From Verrucomicrobiota bacterium (GTDB taxonomy: Bacteria; Verrucomicrobiota; Verrucomicrobiia; Opitutales; Coraliomargaritaceae): a stretch of 64,000 nucleotides of DNA. The position numbers were made by a program, and so were the translations under genes. This document shows, one piece after another, positions 48,466 through 56,999 of this stretch (the first letter of the stretch is position 1; the number at the start of each line of letters is the position of its first letter). The notes below the pieces were generated by a model. That model was not told the DNA's origin. It did not search any database and was given only the letters and a program-made list of their open reading frames with translations. Location: the NCBI GenBank assembly GCA_039815375.1, contig JBCBZJ010000003.1, positions 203,512 to 267,511 of the forward strand. The letters are read 5' to 3'.

Positions 48466-49797
48466 ATGGCTACGCTGCCTCCATTTGAATTTTCACCAAA
48501 GCCCTATTCGGGTCCCAGCTTCGATGAGGTCATGTGCTTGCGCAAAGCACACCTGACACCGGCTTTGGTCACCTACTACGAAAAGCCGGTGATGCTTGTG
48601 GAGGGTAAAATGCAGTATCTTTTCGATGAGACAGGCCGACGATACCTTGATGCCTTCGCCGGGATTGTGACGGTGAGCTGCGGGCATTCTCACCCTAAGA
48701 TCAACGCGGCTGCGCACGATCAAATCGATACGCTAGTTCACAGCACGACCATCTATCCACATCCGGAAGTGGCGAAATATGGTGAGGCATTGGCCGCAAA
48801 GATGCCGGGCGACCTATCTGTGTGTTACTTTGTCAATTCCGGTTCGGAAGCAAACGATTTGGCCCTTCTGATGGCTAGGCTCTATACCGGAAACTACGAC
48901 CTGATCGCTTTGCGGAACTGTTACCACGGCGGCTCGCAGTCGACCATGGGACTCACTGCTCACGGGACGTGGAAATATAACACACCGCAGGGCTTTGGTA
49001 TTCACCATGCGCTCAATCCGGATCCGTATCGAGGCCCCTTTGCGGACCACAAGGATCAGGCCACGGATTACGCAAACGATGTGAAGGAGTTGATCGAATT
49101 TGCGACACCGGGCCAGGTTGCCGGCTTCATTGCCGAGTCGATTCAGGGAGTTGGGGGTGCCGTTGTCTTCCCGGATGGATATCTGAAACAGGCCTACGAA
49201 ATCGTCCGATCTCATGGAGGCGTTTGCATCGCTGATGAGGTTCAGGCTGGATTTGGAAGAACCGGTAGCCATTACTGGGGTTTCGAGGAACAAGGCGCTC
49301 AGCCGGATATTGTCGTGATGGCAAAGGGTATTGGAAATGGCTTTCCGCTCGCTGCGGTTGTGACGACACCGGAAATTGCGAATGCTCTGACTTCCCACAT
49401 TCACTTCAACACCTTTGGTGGTAACCCTTTTATCTCACGAGTGGGGCGTGCTGTGCTCGAGGCGATTGATGAAGACGAACTACAGAAGAACAGTGCGGTC
49501 GTTGGGGGATATCTCATCGAGAAATTGAAACAGCTTGAGGCGAAATACGACCTCATCGGTGAAGTTCGTGGTCGTGGTCTGATGCTGGGAATCGAACTGG
49601 TCTCTGACCGGGCAAGCAAGACTCCCGCTGCCACGGAGTGCGCGGAGATCTGGAACCGGTGCAAGGACCTCGGGTTGCTGCTTGGAAAGGGTGGTCTCTT
49701 TGGCAACGTCCTCCGAATCAAACCGCCGATGTGTATCACCAAGGCGGATGCTGACTTCATGCACGACGTTTTGGATGAAGTGCTTCAAACCATTTAA
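48466..49797 (+). CDS. Class III aminotransferase, AGXT2/PYD4-like (beta-alanine aminotransferase)
   Basis: [64 protein letters not shown] at 48466. Confidence 0.9.
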   Translation: MATLPPFEFSPKPYSGPSFDEVMCLRKAHLTPALVTYYEKPVMLVEGKMQYLFDETGRRYLDAFAGIVTVSCGHSHPKINAAAHDQIDTLVHSTTIYPHPEVAKYGEALAAKMPGDLSVCYFVNSGSEANDLALLMARLYTGNYDLIALRNCYHGGSQSTMGLTAHGTWKYNTPQGFGIHHALNPDPYRGPFADHKDQATDYANDVKELIEFATPGQVAGFIAESIQGVGGAVVFPDGYLKQAYEIVRSHGGVCIADEVQAGFGRTGSHYWGFEEQGAQPDIVVMAKGIGNGFPLAAVVTTPEIANALTSHIHFNTFGGNPFISRVGRAVLEAIDEDELQKNSAVVGGYLIEKLKQLEAKYDLIGEVRGRGLMLGIELVSDRASKTPAATECAEIWNRCKDLGLLLGKGGLFGNVLRIKPPMCITKADADFMHDVLDEVLQTI

Positions 49798-49815
49798 ACA
49801 AAAGAAAGGAAAAAT

Positions 49816-50943
49816 ATGAGCACATTGGAAACAACAGTTGATGGACTTAAAATGAAGAACCCTTTTGTTATCGGATCGGGCCCTCCCGGGACGAACGTGC
49901 GGGTCATCAACCGCGCTTTCAAGGAGGGCTGGGGAGGTGTTATTGCAAAGACGATCAGTCTCGATTCCTCAAAGGTTGTGAATGTCGGTCCGCGCTATGC
50001 GAAGCTACATGCTAACGATGGCAAGGAAGTCATCGGTTGGGAGAACATCGAACTCATTAGTGACCGGCCTTTCGAAAAGTGGCTCGATGAATTCAAGGAA
50101 AGCAAGGACTTGTATCCGGACGGAGTCCTCATCGCGTCGATCATGGAGGAATACAACAAGGACGCCTGGTGCGAGATCGTTGAGAGATGCCAGGATGTCG
50201 GTGTTGATGCCTTCGAGCTTAACTTTTCCTGTCCGCACGGTCTGCCCGAACGGAAAATGGGCGCTGCGATGGGCCAGGACCCCGAGATCCTGGAGGAAGT
50301 TTGTTCCTGGGTTAACGAGGTGGCAACCATCCCTGTTTGGGCGAAGATGACTCCGAATGTCACCCACATTGAGGAGCCTACCCGTGCCGCGCTGGCCGCC
50401 GGGTGCGAGGGAATAAGTGCAATTAATACCATTCGGTCCGTGATGGGAATTGACCTCAAGACGCTCCGTCCGATGCCGACAGTCGAGGGCTATACCACTC
50501 CGGGTGGCTATTCATCGAAAGCGGTTAAGCCGATTGCGCTTCGTATGGTTATGGAAATCGCGCAACTCATCCGCTCGGAATTTTCAGGCAGAACGATTTC
50601 GGCCATTGGTGGCGTCGAGACTGGGTATGACGCGGCTGAGTTTATCCTGATGGGTGGTGACACGGTTCAGGTCTGCACTGGCGTGATGAAGTTTGGCTAC
50701 AAGCATGTGCAAAAGATGTGTGACGAGCTCCTCGAATTCATGGAGGAGAAGGGTTTTGAAACAATTGATGAATTCAAAGGCCATGCCCTCGATTACTTCA
50801 CGACGCATGCAGAGCTGGTTCGGATGCAGACCGAGCGAAAGGCTGCAGAGAAGGCGGCTAAGGAATCTGCGATGCTCACCAAGGATGGCGAGTGGGACGG
50901 CGATGACTTCGTGAAACAGTCCAACGAACTGGCGGGGAATTAG
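49816..50943 (+). CDS. preA: Dihydropyrimidine dehydrogenase FMN subunit, lacking C-terminal 4Fe-4S domain
   Basis: NPFVIGSGPPGTN, NIELISDRP, NFSCPHG, WAKMTPN, VQVCTGVM; no CxxCxxC motifs. Confidence 0.9.
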   Translation: MSTLETTVDGLKMKNPFVIGSGPPGTNVRVINRAFKEGWGGVIAKTISLDSSKVVNVGPRYAKLHANDGKEVIGWENIELISDRPFEKWLDEFKESKDLYPDGVLIASIMEEYNKDAWCEIVERCQDVGVDAFELNFSCPHGLPERKMGAAMGQDPEILEEVCSWVNEVATIPVWAKMTPNVTHIEEPTRAALAAGCEGISAINTIRSVMGIDLKTLRPMPTVEGYTTPGGYSSKAVKPIALRMVMEIAQLIRSEFSGRTISAIGGVETGYDAAEFILMGGDTVQVCTGVMKFGYKHVQKMCDELLEFMEEKGFETIDEFKGHALDYFTTHAELVRMQTERKAAEKAAKESAMLTKDGEWDGDDFVKQSNELAGN

Positions 50944-50947
50944 AGGA

Positions 50948-52441
50948 ATGTCGCTTAAGCCATGCCCCATCCTGATTGATGGCCATTGGTCGGTTCCTGA
51001 AACGGAGAAGACCAGTCCTGTCCACAATCCTTCGACTGGCGAAATCATCGCGGAAGTCCCCCACTGCGGTGAGGATGTCGTCGCCTCTGCGGTGGATGCT
51101 GCGAAGCGGGCGTTTAACCATTGGTGGCAGACGCCTCCGATCAATCGCGTCCGCATTCTTATGCGTTACTGCGCGCTACTTGAGGAGAACTTCGAGGAGC
51201 TCGTCGAAATGATCGTAATCGAGCATGGAAAGACGCGAACCGAGGCACGCGGGGATCTTCGGCGCGGAATTGAGGTGGCGGAGTATGCCTGTGGAATCAC
51301 CGACATGCTCAAAGGCGAAGTGCTCGAGAATGTTGCGGCCGGGATTGACTGTTCAATGGTTCGTCAGCCAATTGGAGTCTGCGTTGGTATCTGTCCATAT
51401 AACTTTCCCGCGCTTGTCCCGATGTGGATGTATCCCATGGCACTTGCGTGTGGAAACTGTTTCATTCTCAAGCCGAGCGAAAAGGTCCCGCTTACGGGGA
51501 TTCGATTAATCGAACTTCTCGAGGAAGCAGGCTTGCCTGCTGGTGTTTTCTCGGTCGTTCACGGAGGCAAAGAATGTGTCGACGCCTTATTGACTCATCC
51601 GGATGTGGCGGCGATTTCATTTGTTGGAAGCTCGCCGGTGGCTGAGTACATCCACAGAACCGGAACTGCGAACGGAAAGCGGGTGCAGGCGGCAGGCGGC
51701 GCGAAGAACTTTGTCGTTGTGATGCCTGATGCAGAGTTTGGTAAAGCGGTCGAGGGCCTGACCGATGCTGCTTTCGGATGTTCTGGACAGCGTTGTATGG
51801 CAGGGTCGACAGCCGTTACAGTTGGCGATGCTTCCGAGCGATTCATTCCGGCGATTGCTGACTCTGCGGCATCTCTCGCGGTGGGGCCGACACACCTTTC
51901 TCAAGCTGCAAAACTCGGTGGAGTGATTACACCACAGCACCGGGAACGAATCGTCTCGCTAATTGGATCTGCGGTCGAGGAGGGCGGTGAGCTAATTGTT
52001 GATGGACGTGCGGTTACGGTGGGCGACTATCCGGAAGGATTCTACCTTGGTGCCTCGGTCGTCGACCGCGTGACGACGGAAATGACGATTTTCCGAGAAG
52101 AGGTGTTTGGACCTGTCTTGAACGTAATGAGAATGGATGGTCTCGACGAAGCTCTTGATCTGGCCTCGAGAGTCGCTTTCGGAAACGGTGCGTGCATCTA
52201 CACTCAGAACGGTCGAATTGCCCGCGAGTTTCGTCACCGGGTCAAAGCCGGGATGGTTGGCGTCAACGTTGGCGTGCCGGCACCGCTCGCCTATTTCCCA
52301 TTTTCAGGATGGGATTATTCCTTTTTTGGCGACTTGCATCTGCAGGGCCGTGAGTCCGTGCTTTTTTTCACGCGCGCCAAGGTCTACACTGAAAGATGGT
52401 TCGCTTCTGGCGAAGGTGACATCTGGCATAAAGACGACTAA
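50948..52441 (+). CDS. mmsA: CoA-acylating (methyl)malonate-semialdehyde dehydrogenase
   Basis: PYNFPALVP, KPSEKVP, GAKNF, FGCSGQRCMAGS, EEVFGPV, GVNVGVPAP. Confidence 0.9.
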   Translation: MSLKPCPILIDGHWSVPETEKTSPVHNPSTGEIIAEVPHCGEDVVASAVDAAKRAFNHWWQTPPINRVRILMRYCALLEENFEELVEMIVIEHGKTRTEARGDLRRGIEVAEYACGITDMLKGEVLENVAAGIDCSMVRQPIGVCVGICPYNFPALVPMWMYPMALACGNCFILKPSEKVPLTGIRLIELLEEAGLPAGVFSVVHGGKECVDALLTHPDVAAISFVGSSPVAEYIHRTGTANGKRVQAAGGAKNFVVVMPDAEFGKAVEGLTDAAFGCSGQRCMAGSTAVTVGDASERFIPAIADSAASLAVGPTHLSQAAKLGGVITPQHRERIVSLIGSAVEEGGELIVDGRAVTVGDYPEGFYLGASVVDRVTTEMTIFREEVFGPVLNVMRMDGLDEALDLASRVAFGNGACIYTQNGRIAREFRHRVKAGMVGVNVGVPAPLAYFPFSGWDYSFFGDLHLQGRESVLFFTRAKVYTERWFASGEGDIWHKDD

Positions 52442-52457
52442 CCCCAAGTTACATACC

Positions 52458-53876
52458 ATGTCTATTTTAATTAAGAACGGTGAAATCGTGACCGCTACGG
52501 ATCGGTTTACGGCCGACATTTATTGTGAGGGCGAAATCATTTCGGAGATCGGCTCGAATCTGGATAAAAAGGCTGACGAAATCATCGATGCGACCGGACA
52601 GTATGTCTTTCCAGGTTTCATTGATCCTCATGTGCACATCTACCTTCCGTTCATGGGCACGTATTCAAAAGACAACTACAAAACAGCAAGTAAAGCTGCC
52701 TTGATCGGCGGGACGACGACCTTGATCGAGATGTGTTGTCCGTCGAGAGCGGAAGAGCCGATAGAGGCGTTGAAGCTGTGGAACTCGAAAGCTGAAGGTC
52801 TCTCGGCTTGTGACTACACTTTCCACATGGGAGTGACGCGTTTTGATGAAGAGGCTGAAGCGCAGCTTCGGGCCATTGTATCTGAATACGGCATCACCTC
52901 CTTCAAAGTGTTTCTAGCTTACAAAGGCGCGTTCGGAATCGATGATGAAGAACTCTACGCCACGCTGAAGCTTGCTAAAGAGCTCGGTGTCGTGGTGACT
53001 GCACATTGCGAGAATGCCGACCTGGTTATGCAGACACAGGCGGCACTTGTGGCCGAGGGAAAAGTCGGCCCGGAGTGGCATGAGCCTTCGAGGCCGGTGG
53101 CGGTGGAAGCCGAAGGATGCCACCATTTGATGACCTTTGCCGAGATGACGGGCGCGAAGGTTTATGTGGTTCACACGTCCTGCAAGCCAGCAGTCGAAGT
53201 TATTGAATCGGCAAGGAAGCGAGGCGTGAAGGTGGGCATTGAAACGGTTATACCTTACCTTGTCTTAGATAGTTCTTTTGCCGAACAGCCGAATTTTGAG
53301 GGTGCGAAGTATGTCATGTCTCCGCCGATTCGTTCGAAGGAACATCAGGAATATCTCTGGGAGAAACTAGCAGACGGAACCATTGACACGGTGGGAACCG
53401 ATCACGCGCCTTTTGACTTTGAAACGCAAAAACACATGGGGCACCCGGATCCGGAAAAGGCGCTTAATGCTGATTTTTCTAAGCGTGGTGAGGGAGCAGA
53501 TTTCACATTGATCCCCAATGGGATTCCAAGTGTGGAGGACCGTGTTAACCTGCTCTACACCTACGGCGTATTGGAGGGCAGGATCAGCCTGCAGCAGTTC
53601 GTTGCATTAGCTTCGACCAGTGCGGCGAAGCAATTCGGGCTCTACCCTCGAAAGGGAGCCATTCAACCTGGCGCCGACGCCGATCTCGTCATCTATGATC
53701 CAAAGTATGAAGGTTTCATTTCCGCTGCAACCCACTCCATGAACACCGACTATTCTGGATTTGAAGGTATGCCAATAAAGGGAAAACCGAGCTGGGTGAC
53801 GGTTCGTGGCAAGGTCTGCATCCGCGAGGGAAAATTCGATGGCACTTTCGGCCACGGGCAACTTCTCAAGCGGTGA
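52458..53876 (+). CDS. hydA: Dihydropyrimidinase
   Basis: PGFIDPHVH, GGTTT, SFKVFLAYK, HCEN, YVVH, GTDHAPF, IPNGIP; ATG at 52458. Confidence 0.92.
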   Translation: MSILIKNGEIVTATDRFTADIYCEGEIISEIGSNLDKKADEIIDATGQYVFPGFIDPHVHIYLPFMGTYSKDNYKTASKAALIGGTTTLIEMCCPSRAEEPIEALKLWNSKAEGLSACDYTFHMGVTRFDEEAEAQLRAIVSEYGITSFKVFLAYKGAFGIDDEELYATLKLAKELGVVVTAHCENADLVMQTQAALVAEGKVGPEWHEPSRPVAVEAEGCHHLMTFAEMTGAKVYVVHTSCKPAVEVIESARKRGVKVGIETVIPYLVLDSSFAEQPNFEGAKYVMSPPIRSKEHQEYLWEKLADGTIDTVGTDHAPFDFETQKHMGHPDPEKALNADFSKRGEGADFTLIPNGIPSVEDRVNLLYTYGVLEGRISLQQFVALASTSAAKQFGLYPRKGAIQPGADADLVIYDPKYEGFISAATHSMNTDYSGFEGMPIKGKPSWVTVRGKVCIREGKFDGTFGHGQLLKR

Positions 53877-53915
53877 TAGTTTCTGGTATCGATTATTTGA
53901 TTAGTTTCAGGAAAC

Positions 53916-54530
53916 CTACCATTCAAGATGCTCGTTTGCTCCGGTCAGGGCGTCGATACGGCGCTGGATGATTTGGCCTCGTAATGCTTCGCGTTCCTGG
54001 AGGAGTTGGTTCAATTCCTGAATTTCTGTTTCGAGGTAGCGGATCTGGTTTTTCTCCATTTCCATCTTCAGGTCGAAGGCAGCCTCAACCTCATTGCGGA
54101 TTTTTACCTCAATTTCCTTGGCATGTTTGGCCTCTGGATCGAAGGATCGGGAAAGAACCATGCTGAGGAGCTCATGCTTCTGGATATTGAGAAAGAGTTG
54201 AGCTTCTTCCGGAGCTTCCTCGGTAAAGAAGAGATAGTCCTCGCGGACTTCCGCGAGTTGTTCGACAACCTCTCTTGCCATCTCGGGCTCGCGTTTGATG
54301 GCGGCTTCGACGAAGGCTGGAATTTCCGAGGGGAAGTTCGTTTTCACGAAGCGCATCAGTTCGACGCCTTCGGGATCTTCTTTTAGAAACGCGCTGATTT
54401 CTTCGTGGAGGTGCTCGCGCTCCTCGTGGCCGTGGTGCTCCTCGTGCTCTTCAGCTTTGAGAGCACCGGCAAGAATGGCGATCAGGCCGAGTGTGGCGAT
54501 TTGGAGATACTTCAGTTGTGCTGTTTTCAT
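53916..54530 (-). CDS. Secreted helical protein with His/Glu-rich N-terminus
   Basis: Signal peptide then EEHEEHHGHEEREHLHEE; coiled-coil-like C-terminus. Confidence 0.75.
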   Translation of the reverse strand: MKTAQLKYLQIATLGLIAILAGALKAEEHEEHHGHEEREHLHEEISAFLKEDPEGVELMRFVKTNFPSEIPAFVEAAIKREPEMAREVVEQLAEVREDYLFFTEEAPEEAQLFLNIQKHELLSMVLSRSFDPEAKHAKEIEVKIRNEVEAAFDLKMEMEKNQIRYLETEIQELNQLLQEREALRGQIIQRRIDALTGANEHLEW

Positions 54531-54538
54531 GATTGGAT

Positions 54539-54994
54539 TTAACTGAGATTGCGGCGGATGGCTGCAATCTGTTCTCGAATTTTCTTTGTCTCGATTTCAA
54601 AGGAAGGTGCAGGCGAACGCGAGTTGGATTGAGAGAGTTGCCGAATGCGGCTGCGGACTGCGTCGCTGCGGTTTTTGAATTTTTCGTCGAAGTCCCAGTC
54701 GAGATGGAGATTCGTGGTCGGAGCGACTTCGACGACTGGATCAGGAACGGGTTTGCGAGTAACAATGGTGGTGGGTTCCGCATCCTTTTGGGTAAAGAAC
54801 GGCACCAGTGCAACGAAGAGGATGAGGCTGCCAACCGTGATGCTGCCGATGAGTTTAAGCAAAGGCCGCGGTTGATGATCAAGGGCGCGGTGGAGCTCGG
54901 CGCGCTTCTCCGGGGCCAGTTTGTAATTTTTGCCAGCGAAACGCTTTTTCAGTTCTTCGACGGTGGCTTCATCGATGGGTTCAGGTGTATTCAT
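54539..54994 (-). CDS. Putative single-TM anti-sigma factor
   Basis: 151 aa with a central TM; overlaps ECF sigma stop by 4 nt. Confidence 0.65.
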   Translation of the reverse strand: MNTPEPIDEATVEELKKRFAGKNYKLAPEKRAELHRALDHQPRPLLKLIGSITVGSLILFVALVPFFTQKDAEPTTIVTRKPVPDPVVEVAPTTNLHLDWDFDEKFKNRSDAVRSRIRQLSQSNSRSPAPSFEIETKKIREQIAAIRRNLS

Positions 54995-55584
54995 TTTTCT
55001 TCGGCTTCGAGGGTTTCACGCATGATTTTGACGGCGTTGCTCATTCGCCAGAGCACAGTGCCAAGAGGCAGGCCAAGCTGTTTGGAGATTTCCTTGAATG
55101 TGAAGTCGCCGAATATCCGGAGGGCGACGATCTGCTTCATCTCCGGAGTCAGGCATTGGAGCAGGTATTTGGTGTCACCGGCGTCGAGTTTGGTCGGATC
55201 ATCTGGGTGCGGTTCGGGTAGTTCGCTGCGCAATTCGATACGGCTTTGTTTGCGTTGATGGTCAAGGGCGAGATTACGCGCTACTTTGAAAAGCCAGGGC
55301 TTGAGGGAGCCTTTCGCAGCACGAAGAGGTGGGCGGCGAATGAGACGAAGGAAGGTCTCTTGAACAAGATCCTCCGCCAGGCCGCGGTCGTGGGTCAAAC
55401 TGGTAAGATAGCCAATGAGTGGGGATTCATATTTGGTGAGGAGTGCACGGAGCGCGGAGGAATCTTTCCGTTTGAGCGAGCGAAGCGCGAAAACATCACT
55501 TGTCTCTAAATCGAGCGGCAACTCCATACTCATCCGAGTCTGGAAGATGTCAGTGGGAAGCGCAATTTCGTTCCTTGTTTTCAT
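54991..55584 (-). CDS. ECF sigma-70 factor
   Basis: AEDLVQETFLRL, WLFKVARNLALDHQRK, FKEISKQLGLPLGTV. Confidence 0.92.
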   Translation of the reverse strand: MKTRNEIALPTDIFQTRMSMELPLDLETSDVFALRSLKRKDSSALRALLTKYESPLIGYLTSLTHDRGLAEDLVQETFLRLIRRPPLRAAKGSLKPWLFKVARNLALDHQRKQSRIELRSELPEPHPDDPTKLDAGDTKYLLQCLTPEMKQIVALRIFGDFTFKEISKQLGLPLGTVLWRMSNAVKIMRETLEAEEK

Positions 55585-55586
55585 TT

Positions 55587-56987
55587 TCAGGACATAAAAC
55601 CGATCGGTGCACCTGAGCCGATGCTGTAGAAGCGATTGAGGTTAGGAAAGATATCGTTGAGGCAGTTGCTTGGCACACCGAACCACTGCGCGAGCTCGGC
55701 GAAATACTCGTCGGTCGAGAGTGTGGGAATGAGTCGTCCGCGGCCGGTATCGAGGCTGTTGCCGAGGCCGAGGTCAGGATAGTTGCCGTAGACGAGGGCG
55801 CCGTTGACCGCGCCACCCATAACGATCTGGTTGCCACCCCAACCGTGGTCGGAGCCGCGTCCGTTGGAAGTAAGGGTGCGGGCAAAGTCGGACGCCGTGA
55901 AGGTAGTCACATCATTGTGGACGTTGAGCTCTTTCATTGCCGTGTTGAACTCGGAGAGTGCTCGACTCACGACGGGCAGCATAGATGCATGGTTATTGAT
56001 CAACTCATCATGGTGGTCGTAGCCGCCCATGAGGACGAAGAAAGTCTGCCGCTTCATGCCGAGCGTGTTGCGTGCTGCGATGGTGCGAGCGACCATCTGG
56101 AGCGCTTGGGAGAGCTCGCTGGGCGAGAAGGCTGTGGTGAGTGTTTGGCCGCCGATTGCGCTGGCAAACTCAGCACTGGCATCGACGGAGTTTGCGGAGG
56201 TATTTGCAAATGTCTCCTGGAATAGATTTTGGTATTGTGCGTCGATTAGGCTGCGCACGCCAGTTTGCGCGATGGCTCCCAAGGCACTGGGCTCTCCGCC
56301 AAGAAAGTCGGGCTGTACAGCTCCGTTGCCGGTTGGGAGAATTTCGTAGCTGACGGTTTGGTTTCCGGACTGAAAGGTATTTGTCCCGGCCAGAGAAATG
56401 TTCATTGAGATGCCGGTGTCGGAGTTGACGCTGTTCAGGATGTCTGCGACTCGGCCACCCCAGCCGCGTGCTGAGCGGGAGTCGGGCACGCTGGTCTGCC
56501 AGTGCATGATCTGATCGGAGTGGGAAAAGAGTCCGAGAGGAAGCCTCGAGCCGCCGCTGTTGAAACCGGAGAGCGTCGTCGGCTCAACAAGGGTGCCGAC
56601 ATTTGCGACGAAGGCGGCGTCGCCACTGTTGAAGAGAGCAGCGAGCTCGGGCATGCCTGCGTGGAGACCAAGGCTCTTGCCATTGTTGTTACCATTGAGG
56701 GCGTGAAGGCTGTTTTGTGTGAGTGCGAGATTTGAGCGGACGGTTGCATACTCGTTGTATTCGGAGGAGCCGCGTGGCACGAGCATGTTGAAGGAGTCGT
56801 TGCCACCGGCAAGGAGGATGCAGACAAGAGCTTTATAGTCGGTGATGGTGGTGTGGGGTAAGGTGCTCGCGGCTAGAGAGTTTGTCATCGACAGATTTAA
56901 AAGCGTCGAGACGAGCGGAGTTGCGGTAACGGCGGCGCAGGCTGCCTCGCCAAGAAATTTACGTCGAGAGAGAGATCGTGCAGACAT
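55587..56987 (-). CDS. DUF1501 Tat-exported protein
   Basis: SRRKFL, YKALVCILLAGGNDSFN, LFSHSDQ, GGYDHH, SDFARTL, GSDHGWG. Confidence 0.92.
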   Translation of the reverse strand: MSARSLSRRKFLGEAACAAVTATPLVSTLLNLSMTNSLAASTLPHTTITDYKALVCILLAGGNDSFNMLVPRGSSEYNEYATVRSNLALTQNSLHALNGNNNGKSLGLHAGMPELAALFNSGDAAFVANVGTLVEPTTLSGFNSGGSRLPLGLFSHSDQIMHWQTSVPDSRSARGWGGRVADILNSVNSDTGISMNISLAGTNTFQSGNQTVSYEILPTGNGAVQPDFLGGEPSALGAIAQTGVRSLIDAQYQNLFQETFANTSANSVDASAEFASAIGGQTLTTAFSPSELSQALQMVARTIAARNTLGMKRQTFFVLMGGYDHHDELINNHASMLPVVSRALSEFNTAMKELNVHNDVTTFTASDFARTLTSNGRGSDHGWGGNQIVMGGAVNGALVYGNYPDLGLGNSLDTGRGRLIPTLSTDEYFAELAQWFGVPSNCLNDIFPNLNRFYSIGSGAPIGFMS

Positions 56988-56999
56988 GACAGTAGGGGT

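Noticed and set aside
54533..55258. 241-aa plus-strand ORF and other long antisense ORFs (e.g. 23885-24652, 58197-58868)
   Set aside because: Antisense to well-supported genes and without motifs
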